From Carcharhinus longimanus (taxonomy: Eukaryota): 64,000 nt of DNA. Of the stretch, positions 24,871 to 37,349 are shown in pieces (positions within the stretch are counted from its first letter, which is position 1; every line of letters begins with the position of its first letter). The DNA is taken from contig JASCQW010000032.1 in NCBI GenBank assembly GCA_030264375.1, positions 27,842,610-27,906,609 of the forward strand, read 5' to 3'. Both the position numbers and the translations under genes were made by a program. Under the pieces are notes generated by a model. That model was not told the origin of the DNA. It did no database searches and was given only the letters and a program-made list of their open reading frames with translations.

Positions 24871-25195
24871 ATCTCTACCGTGCAGAAGGAGGCCCATTGG
24901 ATCTGACCCATTGGATCTGCACCAACCACAATTCCACCCAGATCCTATTCCTGTAACCCACATGTTTACTGTGATATTCCCCTGACAGTAGGGTTAATTT
25001 AGCATGGCCAATCAACCTAACCCTCACATCTTTGGACTGTGGAAGGAAACTGGAGCACCCAGAGGAAACCCACGTAAACATGGGAAGAATGTGCAAACTC
25101 CACACAGACAGTGACCCGAGGCCAGAATTGAACGCTGGTTCCTGACGTTGTGAGGCAGCAGTGCTAGCCACTCACCACTGTGCCACACTGGCCCA
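24868..25195 (-). mobile_element. HE1-type V-SINE
   Basis: Head, V-domain and tail on the minus strand. Confidence 0.9.
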
Positions 25196-25531
25196 CACAT
25201 TGCCTTGGAAATGACAAGTTGGCCCTTTCTAAATAAGACTGACGTTTCTTTGATTTGATGGTGAATGTCATAGTGCACCTGCAAAAGGTTTGCAAAAATT
25301 ATTTTGGCTCCTTTCCTCCAGTGGAGCTCGGTCAACACAATGTGATTTCCTCCTACCTGCCAGAGGGCAACAATGACAGATGCTAAGTACAGTCAGACAG
25401 CCAAGGTGGTGTGCCAGAGCAATGTAGCCTAGCCACTGGGGAATTGTAGGTTGCCATCATGCACAGTCACTTTTATTTTACAGTTATTGTGCAGAAGTGT
25501 CATCTTATTCCCATGTGGTTCATTCTAACAG

Positions 25532-25657
25532 ATAAGACTGATGGGTACAAGTGTACGCAGACTTACTTTGCTGTATCCCCTGAGGAGACAGGGATTATCC
25601 TGGCAGAAAGTCACCTTGGAAAACTCAAACTAGCCAGAAAGGACTCAGAAAGGCAAA
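25532..25657 (+). CDS. Candidate internal coding exon, 126 bp, phase 1-1: (D)KTDGYKCTQTYFAVSPEETGIILAESHLGKLKLARKDSERQ
   Basis: Acceptor ttcattctaacAG, donor AA|GTAAGA, length divisible by 3, only one open frame, GC higher than the AT-rich flank; protein not recognised. Confidence 0.55.
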
Positions 25658-25999
25658 GTAAGATAACGAAACACGCTCCATTCTAAAACCAAAATGTTTA
25701 TCTTACCACAAATAGTAATGAACTTCTGTGTTTTATATTAACATTATGAATGTCTAAGAATAATTGACAATGTGTAAATGATAAAGATTAGATTGTGTTA
25801 GTAAAATAATTGACGATTATGAGGTCATAATTAAGAAGAATATCAGTATACTTACTCCAGGAAAAGATTTCCTAAGTTGTAGACAGAAAGGTAACCATAA
25901 GAGGTTTAAATGTTTTTCTCTTTAATTCTCCATTGATTATTCCATAAAATAATCAAAGAATCAGCTTTTACATTGTGAAGAGTTATAACAGTTGATCAC

Positions 26000-28667
26000 A
26001 ATTTACCTGGAGTAGGTACAGGCAAGGCACTGAATGTACTCAGGACGGAGTGGCTGTGTAGCACCACTACTGACTGAGCTGGCTGAATCCTAAAGGACAT
26101 ATCCACCAGACTGGGCTTGCAAGAGGGACTGACAAGAAGGAAGCCAGATCTTGTGCTCACATGTCTCCCAGTCATAAACACATCTGTCCATGACATTAGA
26201 GCACAGTCGTTATGAAGACAAAGTCCCATCTTCACGTTGAGCATAGCCTCTATATCATGTTGTGTGGAACTATCACCCTACTATAGATACTGACCAGAAC
26301 TAGCAGCTCAAAACTAAGCACCCATGAGGCACTTTTGGTCATCAGCGGCAGCAGGATTGTATTCAATCATAAGTGTGATGTCTTCGCATTGGCCGATCTC
26401 CCACTTTACCATTATCATCAACCCTGGTTCAATGAAGACGGGAGAACAGCATGCCAAAAATATAAGACATACCTAAGTCTCAACCTGGTGAAGCAACAGC
26501 ATAGCACCACCTGCATTGCCCAAATATAGAAGCAGCAAAATATTGGACAGAGCTAAGCATTCCTACAACGAATGGATCAGATCAAAGCTGAGCAGTCCTG
26601 CCATGGGTTGATGGATAATTAAACAATTAACAGGAGAAGGAGGTTCCACAATTATCTATATCCTTAACGAGGGGGCACTCAGCATATCAGTGCAAAAGAC
26701 AAGTCTGAAACATTTGCAATAACCTTCAGTCAGATAATCCGTCTTGGTCACTTCCTGAAGTCCCCAACATCACAGATTCCTGTCTTCAGCAAATTCAATT
26801 CACTCCATGTGATATCAAGAAATGGCTGAGGACACTGCAAAGGTTATGGGCCCTGACAATATTCAGACAATAGTATTGATGTCTTGTGCTCCAGAACCTG
26901 CTTCGCCATTAGCTGAGCTGTTCCAACACAGCTATAACATCTACTGACAATGTAGAAAATTGCCCAGACGTGTCCTGCCCACAAAAAGCAGGACAAATCC
27001 AACCTGTCTGACTAATGCTAGTCTACTCTAGTTCAGCAAAGTAATGTAAGGTGTTGTCGACGATATTATCAAGTGGAGCTTACACAGCAATAATCCGCTC
27101 ACTGATGCTCAATTTGGATTCCACCAGAGCTAATTGGCTTCTGATCTCACTGCAGCCTTGGTTCAAATATGGAAAAAGAAACGAACTCAAGAATTAAGGC
27201 GAGACTGCCCTTGACATCAAAGCAGCATTTCATCAAATGTTGCATCAAGGAAACCTAGTCAAATTGGAGCCAAGCAAATAAAGGAGAAAAGTTCTGTATT
27301 GGCTGGAGTCACACCTAGCCCAATGGAAGATGGTTGTGGTAATTGGAGCCCATAATCTCAGCTCCAGGACATCACTGCAGGAGTTCCTCAGGGTAGTGCC
27401 AGGGTACCTCATTTGTTTCATTAATGATCTATTCTCCACCGTAAGACCAGAAGTGGGGATGTCTGTGTATAATTTATAATATTCAGTATCATTCACAATT
27501 CCACAGACACTGAAGTCCCTGCCAATATGCAGTGACACCTGGACAGCATTCAGGTTTGGCCTGAGAAGTGGCAAGAATTTGCACCACATAATCGCCAAGC
27601 AATGTCCATCACCAACAGAAAAAACTAACCATTTGGCATTCAACAGCATAACTATCGATGAGGCTCTCGTTATCACAACCTAGGGAATTGCCATTGATCA
27701 GAAACTGATCTGGACTGGCCATAGAAGTATTGTGGCTACAAGAGCAGGCCAGAGGCTAGAAATCCTACCATGAGTAACTCGCCCCCTGACTCCTCAAAGC
27801 CTGTACACAACCTATAAGGTATGTCAGGATTGTGATTGAATAGTCTCCACTTGCCTGGGTAAGTGTTGCTTCAACAACACTCAAGAAGCGGTACGATAGC
27901 ACAGTGGTTAGCACTGCTGCTTCACAGCTCTAGGGACTTGGGTTCAATTCCCGGCCTGGGTCACTGTCTGTGTAGAGTTTGCACATTCTCCTCGTGTCTG
28001 TGTGGGTTTCCTCCGGGTGCTCCAGTTTCCTCACACAGTCCAAAGTTGTGCGGGGTAGGTTGATTGGCCATGTTAAAATTGCCCCTTAGTGTCCTAAGAT
28101 GCATAGTTAGAGGGATTAGTGGATAAATATGTCGGGATATGGGGGTAGGGCCAAGGTGGGATTGAGGTCAGTGAAGACTCGATGGGCCAAATGGCCTTTC
28201 TGCACTGTAGGGTTTCTATGATTCTATGAAGTCTGACACCATCCAGGACAAAGCAGGCTACTTGATTGGCACCTCATCCACCAATTTAAACGTTCATTTC
28301 TTCCAACACCAAAGCACAATGTCAGCCACGTGTGGCACATACGTAAGAAGTATTGCAACAATTCACCAAGGCTCCTGTGACAGAACCTTTGTAACATATA
28401 GCTACTATTACTGAATGTGACAAGGGCAGCAGATACATGAGAACACCACTATCTGCAATGTCCCCTCCAAGCCTCACACAATCCTGAGCTGGGACTATAT
28501 TGCTGCTCCTTCACTATCATGGGATCCAAATCCTGTGACTTTTATCCTAACAAGACTGCAATAGCTCAAGATGGCAGCTCACCAATACCTTATCGGGGCA
28601 GTTGGGAATGGGCAATAAATGTTAGCCTAGCCAACAATGCCCACATCCCAAGAAAGAATTTTTAAAA
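26000..28667 (+). mobile_element. Long degenerate CR1/L2-group LINE (endonuclease end, RT, 3' UTR)
   Basis: LDIKAAF, IAAGVPQGS-like and FINDL motifs; tail gggcaataaatgttagcc..gcccacatccca; SINE inserted at 27888. Confidence 0.8.
27888..28228 (+). mobile_element. HE1-type V-SINE nested in a LINE
   Basis: Full head, V-domain and tail; host sequence resumes after a gaag duplication. Confidence 0.9.
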
Positions 28668-29575
28668 TGCTGGTAGAATGTGTGGGCCCATAGCTGATGA
28701 AAGTTAATGCAGAGAAATGTGAAGTGGTATATTTTAGTAGGAACATGAGGAATAGACAATAGAAACTAAAGAGTACAATTGTAATTGGGGCTCAGGACTA
28801 AGGCGGTAGAGGTGGAAATATAGGATCCTGCGCTTTATAACATGAGGCATAGCGTACAAAAGCAAGGAAGTTACGATTAATCTTTACAAAGAAATTGATT
28901 GACCTTACCTCCAGAATATGTCCAATTCTACGAAGAACGTAAAGGCTTTAGAAAGGGTGCAAAAAAGATTTAGGCAAATGATTCCAGGTTGAGGGACTTT
29001 GGGTGCTTGGGTAGATTGAAGAAACTGGGGTTATTTTCCTCAGAAGAGAAAGTTGAGAGGAGTTTGATTAAAATGATCAAATTCATGAGCATCTAAGAAC
29101 ATAAGAACATAAGAAATAGGAGCAGGAGTAGGCCATCTAGCCCTTCGAGCCTGCCCCGCCATTCNNNNNNNNNNNNNNNNNNNNNNNGCTTGGGGTTACG
29201 GGAATAGGGCACAGGAGGAGGCCTCTTTTGGAGAGTCACTGCAGACGCAATGGGCCAAATGTCCTCTTTCTGCACTGTAAAGATTCTATGGAGATCCAGA
29301 GGGCATAGATTTAAGATGACTGGTAAAAGAACAAAAGGCAACATGTGAAAACATTTTTTACACAGTGGGTTTGAAATGCACTGTCTGAGAGCGTGGAAGC
29401 AAATTCAATTGTGGCTTTCAAAAGAAAACTGGATAAGCATCTGAAGATAAAAAAGAAACTTGCGGGATCACAGGTGAAGGATGGGCAAGTGGGACTTGCT
29501 GAGTTGAGCATGCTGAGCGCCAATATTGACTCAATGGTTTGAGTAACCTCCTTCTGTGCTGCAACTGATTCTAAA
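28668..29575 (+). mobile_element. Old CR1 3' remnant with nested retroposon tails at 29093-29292
   Basis: NAEKCEVVYF and YKSKEV motifs; (aagaacat)n tail on the minus strand. Confidence 0.7.
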
Positions 29576-30104
29576 GTTGGGAATAATCATTAGAACTGAG
29601 CCGGTTGACCTCTGAACAGGCTGAGGTTTGTTGCAAAAAAAGTTGATAAGTCTACTTGAATACAAAAGCATGACAGAAGTCAAATCCATGCGTTCTGCAA
29701 GGGCATTCCAAGCACTTGATAATAGATTGAAAGATTTTTAACAATCGCAAAACTCTCACATGGCCACCATCGAAAAGTTTGATACTTAGTAGCCCAAAAG
29801 ATCAACAGGGTTAAGGTGATACCAATCTCCTTAAATCCATGTCCTCTGAATCTCTATAGAACCACAGAATCTCTACAATGTAGATAGAGACATATTGAAT
29901 CTGAACACAACCAACTCTCTTCTAGTGTCAAAATGGTAGGATTCTGTGACTTAGTAAGAATTCAGCAGTAACCCATTTTTATATCAAGACAGAAATTTGA
30001 CAGATACCTGGAAAATTTAATTCCTCAGGCTATCTGTAAATGATAGGAAGATGTGCAACTGCCTCCTCAGAGATGTGCACTGTGGAATGCAGTCACATGT
30101 AAGA

Positions 30105-30495
30105 ACAACCTATAGCAGAGGCCTCGTGACCTCAGTGTATCGCAAAGTGCTTTATAGGTAATGGAATCATTCAGACACATCACTTCTGTAACGTAGGAAA
30201 GTGTGTCAGCTAATTAGTGCACAGCAAAGCCCTGCAGACAGCAATGAGATGATTGAGTAGGTAATAGCATACCTAGTGATGTTTAATGAGGAAAATGTTG
30301 GCCAAGATACCAGGAGAACCTAGCATTCATTCATGCATGGAACCTCTGTTTAACACCTCATCTGAAGGTTCTCACCTCTGGTGCATCGATTCCTGAATAC
30401 TGCATTAAAGTGTCAGACCCAATTAGGTGCTCAAATCAACTGAGCGAATGTTGAACTCAAAACATTCTGATTCAGAGAGGAGACTAAACTGCTTA
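30105..30495 (-). mobile_element. DeuSINE (SacSINE1/AmnSINE1-like)
   Basis: aacgtaggaaa..cagctaattagtgcacagcaaag..ttggccaagatacc..tttaacacctcatctgaa..tgtcag..ttgaac..ttctgattcagag, matching the Deu-domain layout with a tRNA-like head. Confidence 0.65.
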
Positions 30496-30589
30496 ATCAA
30501 GGAATATATCCTGATTTAAGTGGCTTGCTAGAAGTATGGGAGATAATTATTATAAATTTGTTGCAATTTTCATGGAAAAATGTATAACG

Positions 30590-31115
30590 TTGGACATGGA
30601 ACACAAAAGCAAGGAAGTTACAATTAATCTTTACAAGACAATTGTTTACCCTCAACTGGAGTATGTGTCTATTTCTGGGAAGGATGTGAAGGCTTCAGAA
30701 TGAGTGCAAGGATTTAGGCAGATCATAGAATCCCTATAGGTGCAGAAGAAGCCATTTGGTCCACCAAGTTTGCACAGGCTCTCAAAGTATTTTACCCTGG
30801 CCCTATCCCTGTAACGTCATATATTTACCATGGCTAATCTACCTAAACTACACATCTTTGGGCATTAAGGAACAAATTACCATGGTCATTCTACCTAGCC
30901 TGCACACCTTTAGACTGTGGGAGGAAGCTGGAACATAAAAAAATTACAGCACAAACAGGCCCTTCGGCCAAAAGTTGCGCCGATCGTATCGTTACGTACT
31001 AGGCTTACCTATAACCTTCAATCCTATTAAGACCCATCTACTCATCCAGAAGTCTCTTAAAAGACCCTATCGAATTTGCCTCCACCACCACCGACGGCAG
31101 CCGATTCCACTCACC
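30590..31115. mobile_element. CR1 fragment (+, 30590-30722), SINE (-, 30722-30930) and CR1 tail (-, 30931-31115)
   Basis: acaaaagcaaggaagtta; catagaatccctata; caggcccttcggcc..gcctccaccacc. Confidence 0.7.
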
Positions 31116-31909
31116 NNNNNNNNNNNNNNNNNNNNNNNNNNNNNNNNNNNNNNNNNNNNNNNNNNNNNNNNNNNNNNNNNNNNNNNNNNNNNNNNNNNNN
31201 NNNNNNNNNNNNNNNNNNNNNNNNNNNNNNNNNNNNNNNNNNNNNNNNNNNNNNNNNNNNNNNNNNNNNNNNNNNNNNNNNNNNNNNNNNNNNNNNNNNN
31301 NNNNNNNNNNNNNNNNNNNNNNNNNNNNNNNNNNNNNNNNNNNNNNNNNNNNNNNNNNNNNNNNNNNNNNNNNNNNNNNNNNNNNNNNNNNNNNNNNNNN
31401 NNNNNNNNNNNNNNNNNNNNNNNNNNNNNNNNNNNNNNNNNNNNNNNNNNNNNNNNNNNNNNNNNNNNNNNNNNNNNNNNNNNNNNNNNNNNNNNNNNNN
31501 NNNNNNNNNNNNNNNNNNNNNNNNNNNNNNNNNNNNNNNNNNNNNNNNNNNNNNNNNNNNNNNNNNNNNNNNNNNNNNNNNNNNNNNNNNNNNNNNNNNN
31601 NNNNNNNNNNNNNNNNNNNNNNNNNNNNNNNNNNNNNNNNNNNNNNNNNNNNNNNNNNNNNNNNNNNNNNNNNNNNNNNNNNNNNNNNNNNNNNNNNNNN
31701 NNNNNNNNNNNNNNNNNNNNNNNNNNNNNNNNNNNNNNNNNNNNNNNNNNNNNAGGGTGAGTAATTCTGTTGGATTGCCCTGATTTGGAGAACCTAGTAA
31801 AAATTCCATGCTGAGCCTAAGCATGCTCTGTAATGTATCATTTACCTTGGCAGATCAAAAGCCAATGCCTCCAGTACTTGATCAACTCTAGCACCTAAAT
31901 CCTTAATAA

Positions 31910-31987
31910 GAACTGAAAATGAGGACTCGGTCAGTCTAGTAGTGTCTGTGGAGAGGGAAACCTAGGTCGTGGTCTTTAGTCAGAACA
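31910..31987 (-). mobile_element. Penelope-derived short repeat remnant
   Basis: tctgtggagagggaaac..ggtc..ctttagtcagaac is the reverse complement of the motif at 5640-5700. Confidence 0.4.
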
Positions 31988-32224
31988 TTCACTGTTACTT
32001 TATATACCTCGGTATTAAACATCATTTCTTGCTACCCAAGTTTTCCACTGTTCATAAAATCTAATCATATGTCTCTTGTCTCTAATATTGTGTATCTTTA
32101 CACCACATACAGAACTGGACTTTCTGCAGCTGATAGCTTTGAGCAGGTTATTGATGAATGTTGTGGATGATAGATTTTTGAGATCTACTGGTTGTATGTG
32201 TGCTTCTTGCATTATCAGAGATGC

Positions 32225-32458
32225 ATACTGGCCAGACCACGCAAGAACGCCAGGTTTTATTCTGCAAAGGAGAAATCCAGCCAGGTTTTTACGATAATCC
32301 ATCAATTTCATGCTTACTTTTACTGATACCATCACTCTAATTCCAATTCTTTCATTTTCAATCTGCCAAGGTGTGATTTGAGTTCATATTCTCTGGATTA
32401 TTAGTCCCAGCCTCTGAATCAATAGTCCACTATCATAACAGCTACCTTAGTAACCCCA
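32225..32458 (-). mobile_element. LF-SINE-like ancient SINE
   Basis: ccaggtttttacgataatcc..tcatg..actgatacc..ctgccaaggtgtgatttgagttc..ctctggattattagtcc. Confidence 0.55.
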
Positions 32459-32559
32459 GTAAAGTTGCAGGTGAAGCTTTAGAGCTAACTTTTTTTTAAT
32501 TGTTAATTTGCTTTATTACAACTTCCTTAATCAGAGGTGGACTTGCAATGAAACACACT

Positions 32560-32700
32560 GTGCCTAGGCACCAATAGGGAGGCCCCATGCTGGCCGGTGG
32601 GGGCACCAATCAGAATCTGATAGCTCTGCAGTTGCTGATAGGCTCAGCAGACAATACAGAGCAACATCGGGCTCTGATTGAGTTCACTTATAGTGCAAAA
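32560..32700 (+). promoter_or_regulatory. Candidate CCAAT-box promoter
   Basis: ggcaCCAAT at 32571 and 32606 (35 bp apart) in unique, locally GC-richer DNA upstream of a short ATG frame. Confidence 0.25.
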
Positions 32701-32832
32701 GGTTGAGATGAAGTTGTTGAGGTGGCCTCTTTCAGGATAAATCTTTTTCCACAGCGATTTTAAATAACAGTTGTTTTATTTATGTTGAAATTTAAAGAAA
32801 TTGTTTAGCCTGAACTTTGTGTTAAAAAAATT

Positions 32833-32988
32833 ATGAAATTCCACCGAGTAAAGTCTGAGGTAGGAGAAGTGAAAGGGTTGCAGCCCCCTACAGCCTCTTG
32901 GTGTCCCATGGGAAAGAGCCTGCCACTTGGGCTTCTCAAGGTAGAAGACCACGGGCTGTTCGTTGAAGAGCTTGAAATAAGGAAAGAG
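32833..32988 (+). CDS. Possible alternative first coding exon MKFHRVKSEVGEVKGLQPPTASWCPMGKSLPLGLLKVEDHGLFVEELEIRKE
   Basis: ATG at 32833; open frame with phase-0 AG|GT sites at 32859 (GTAGGA), 32940 and 32988. Confidence 0.25.
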
Positions 32989-34667
32989 GTACTAAATCTA
33001 TTTTGTGTCTGATAGATGTGTGAGTTTAAATGGCATTTGGAGTTCTGTCTTGCTGGGACCATGGTTACAAAACCCAGAAGAAGTGGTTTTCTGTTGCATC
33101 TACACGTATGTGTTCTAGTTGCGAGGTTGTTATGAAGGTTGCAGATGGTACTTTCAACCTGAGCACTCATCACATAAATTACATTTGAACAGAGAGAATG
33201 TTGGCTTATTTCAGGTTGTGCTGCTGTTGGCAAAGTCTTCTGTCCTGAGATGTATTACTGGTTTTCCAACACAATTTAGGTGGTACTTCTCAGATCTGGA
33301 TTTTGCAGCAATTTTTATAAGTTAAATTAAAAATTGATTGTAATTCTGTCAGTGTGAAAAAAATCATATATAAATATGTACAGAGTGGGGAACAGGCGTT
33401 CAGTGAATTGACGGTTCACTGTTAAGTTTACAGTATTTTGTGCATTGATCTGTCAGAAATGAAGTTAATTATTTTGTGTTATATCCAAGGAATGGTCTCT
33501 ATTTAAAAATCAGTAAGGTTATTTAGTTCTGTTGTGAGCCACCCTAGGTGTAGTATAGTTTTGAACAACTGCACAATATCACACTGGCAACATTACTATT
33601 GATCTGAGCTATCATAAGCATTGAGTAGTCCACGTCAAGAGTGATTATCCAAATGGCGTATTCTTTAGCCTCCAGTATGACCTTTGCCTTGTCTATTCAG
33701 GGGCAATTGGGCACCAGACTAAATTCAAATCAGGTTCACATCCTTCAGGGTAGGAAACAGCACCACTATACAAGTGGACCAACATAGAGATTATTGCAAC
33801 CGGGACATCTTGGCCACTGCTGTATTTTCCCATTCAGGTAAATTTGGAGTGATTGGCATTCAGAGTTAAAACATTTGAGTTTGAACAACTTCTGACTACT
33901 TAATTAAGGCTGATAAAGTGAACATATGCTCAGGCTATGGAACCTCTTTGCTGTTTGGCAGTAATAATGAATACTGTATACCTAGATCTTGATGGCATCT
34001 ATTCAAACTGCAAGCTTGCTCTCTTCTATTGCTGTTATTTACTTGACTATAACTTAAGAATTAAATTGTTTTTTAAAAATGTTTTAAATTCAAAACCTTT
34101 CCGATTTCTTCACTGTGTTCCTAAGGAAGGTGGGATCAAATGGGAGAAGTTGGGGGGTGGGGGGCATTGCCAGATAACTAGACCTGGTTTTTTTCTCTTG
34201 GCTTTGGGATCTGTGCTCATTGTCATGAGATGGAAAGAGGAACATTGTTCAAAGCCATGTTGACTAAATAAAGCTTTGAGAAGTGTTTTGCATGGCCAAT
34301 ATGAAAAGTGCTTTAAGGTTGGTAAATGTACATATACAGTAGGGTCAATGCCTCCTCACTCTTAATTCGTTTTGGAAAGGGAAAAAACAGGTCAAACCAT
34401 AAATCTCTTGATTGGAAATGGTATTGCACTGGTTAATTACTGACATCGAATCTGGGAACTGCTGAAAGGTGCCATGCTTACAGTTGTATTTTGCACTCCC
34501 ACATCAGGAGATGCAGGGTAGATGATTGCTGTGGTCACTGTAGTTGTTTTTTCACAGAGAGATTGTTAGACCAAGGATCACATAAATTGCTTAAGCCTTT
34601 TTAATGAGACAGTCTGTTGAGAGGTATTGACACAAATATAAAGAGTATGCGTGTAAGGGAGAGAGAT

Positions 34668-34925
34668 TTTAAGTTTGTTTATTAGTGTCACAAGTAGGCT
34701 TGCATTAACACTGCAGTGAAATTGCAGTGAAAATCCCCAAGTTGTCACATTCTGGCACACGTTCGGGTACACTGAGGGAGAATTTAGCTAACCAGCATAT
34801 CTTTTTGGGCTGTGGGAGGACACTGGAGCACCCGGAAGAAATCCACGCACACAGAAGGAGAACATACAGACTCCACAGACAGTGACCCAAGCCGGGAATC
34901 GAATCCAGGTCCCTGGCTGTGAGCA
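34668..34925 (-). mobile_element. V-SINE type-B tail
   Basis: tttattagtgtcacaagtaggctt..gggaatcgaatcc. Confidence 0.85.
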
Positions 34926-35377
34926 CGTGGGAGATATTAGAATAATTGAGTGACTAACTGAGTGTATATAAAAGGTTATTTGAATGTGGTCTAAAATGTG
35001 TACAAACACTGCATCAAATTCTGGATTGAATTCTTTTTTATACATGGCCAAATTCTGAGCTAGTAGCACTGTTGCCCGGATAATGATTAGATTTAAAAAG
35101 GTGGGGTGGGGTGGTGGGGGTGGGGTATTGCAAAGTTCATGGTTTGCAACAGAAGTAGAGAATAGTCTGGTTTGAAATCTTCCAGAAGGTCATTCTAGCT
35201 TTCAGTTTCATTTGTAAGCGATTATAGATTATTTTAAGTTTACATTGACTTGTAATGCTAAAATGTGTTTCGTGCAAGAGTGAATAGAAACTGAGTAGCA
35301 TTTTGTTTTCGCTCAGCTCACTGTATTATATTTCTCAGGGATTATATCGCAGAGGAAAGAACCAACTAATTATATGT

Positions 35378-35498
35378 GAGCCAGAATTTTACTGCCTTTC
35401 CTGCCACAGGAATCGGAGTGGGCAAGGGGTGGAAAATGAAAAGATCCGTTGACCTTGGATAGGATTTTCAGATCAAGCGAGGTGGTAAAATCCCACTC
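35378..35498 (-). mobile_element. Harbinger-type MITE
   Basis: gccagaattttac..gtaaaatcccac; reverse complement of 5189-5315. Confidence 0.7.
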
Positions 35499-35554
35499 AT
35501 GATGTTGAAGGGTCCCTCTGTGCCAGTCCCATTACTTTCAGGGCAAGCTAAGTA

Positions 35555-36847
35555 AGTAGAATCAGTGTTCACTAAGGAGAGGGGCCATGTTTTTGAGGAT
35601 GTGTGTGTGATACAGGCTGATAGGATGGAGAAGATGTTCTGAGGGGAGATGTATTAGCAATTTTGAAAAACCTGAGAGTTGATAAGTCCCTTGGGCCAGA
35701 TGGGATCCATCCTAGGCTACTTTGAGAGGCAAGGGATGAGATTGCGGAGCCTTTAGCTTTGATCTTTGGGTCCTCACTGTCCACAGGGATTGTGCCAGAG
35801 GACTGGAGAGTGGCGAATGTTGTTCCTCTCTTCAAGAAAGGAAATAGGAATGACCCTGGTAATTATAGACCAGTTAGTCTTACTTCGGTAGTCGGTAAGT
35901 TAATGGAAAGGGTCCTGAGAGATAGGATTTATGACTATTTGGAAAGATGCCGTTTAATCCAGGATAGTCAGCACGGTTTCATGAGGGGTAAGTCCTGCCT
36001 CATAAATTTGATTGAATTCTTTGAGGAGGTAACTAAGTGTGTAGATGAAGGTAGAGCAGTTGATGTCATAGACATGGAATTTAGTAAGGTGTTTGATAAA
36101 GTTCCCCATGGTAAGCTCATGAAGAAAGTAAGGAGGTGTGGGGTTGAAGGAAATTTGGCCGATTGGAGGTGGTGGAGGAGGGAAAATTTTCAGACTGGAG
36201 ACTAGTTACCAACGGTGTACCACATGGATCAGTGCTGGGTCCTCTGCTATTCGTGATTTTTATCAACGACTTAGAGGAGGTGGCTGAAGGGTGGGTTAGT
36301 AAATTTGCTGATGACACCAAGATTGGTGGAGTAGTGGATGAGGTGTAGAGCTCTTGTAGGCTGCAAAGCGACATTGATAGGATGCAGAGCTGGGCCGAAA
36401 AGTGGCAAATGGAGCTTAACCCTGATAAGTACGAGGTGATTCATTTTGGTAGGACAAACTTGAATATAGATTACAAGGTCAACGGCAGGGTTCTGAAGAA
36501 TGTGGAGGAATAGAGAGATCTTGGGGTTCATATCCACAGATCTCTGAAGATTGCCACTCAAGAGGATAGAGCCGTGAAGGCAGCTTATAGTGTGTTAGCA
36601 TTTGTTAACAGGCGGTTTGAGTTTAAAGAGCCGTGGGATTATGCTGGAACTATACAGGACTTTAGTGACACCACATTTGGAATATTGTGGGCAGTTCTGG
36701 TCACCTCACTGTAAGGAGGATGTGGAAGCATTGGAGAGAATGCAGAGGAGATTTATCAGGATGCTGCCCGGTTTGGAGGGTAGGTCTTATGAGGAAAGGT
36801 TGAAGGAGCTGGGGGGTTTCTCTTTAGAGCAGAGGAGGATGAGCGGC
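35555..36847 (+). mobile_element. CR1 (HER1-like) ORF2 RT remnant
   Basis: VPEDWRVANVVPLFKKGNRNDPGNYRPVSLTSVVGK, FSKVFDKVPH, SKFADDTK; contains stops and frameshifts. Confidence 0.95.
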
Positions 36848-37349
36848 NNNNNNNNNNNNNNNNNNNNNNNNNNNNNNNNNNNNNNNNNNNNNNNNNNNNN
36901 NNNNNNNNNNNNNNNNNNNNNNNNNNNNNNNNNNNNNNNNNNNNNNNNNNNNNNNNNNNNNNNNNNNNNNNNNNNNNNNNNNNNNNNNNNNNNNNNNNNN
37001 NNNNNNNNNNNNNNNNNNNNNNNNNNNNNNNNNNNNNNNNNNNNNNNNNNNNNNNNNNNNNNNNNNNNNNNNNNNNNNNNNNNNNNNNNNNNNNNNNNNN
37101 NNNNNNNNNNNNNNNNNNNNNNNNNNNNNNNNNNNNNNNNNNNNNNNNNNNNNNNNNNNNNNNNNNNNNNNNNNNNNNNNNNNNNNNNNNNNNNNNNNNN
37201 NNNNNNNNNNNNNNNNNNNNNNNNNNNNNNNNNNNNNNNNNNNNNNNNNNNNNNNNNNNNNNNNNNNNNNNNNNNNNNNNNNNNNNNNNNNNNNNNNNNN
37301 NNNNNNNNNNNNNNNNNNNNNNNNNNNNNNNNNNNNNNNNNNNNNNNNC

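Noticed and set aside
30975-31824. Long ORFs over N-runs (also 8826-9462, 36602-37520, 52270-52701)
   Set aside because: Their length is an artefact of translating gaps
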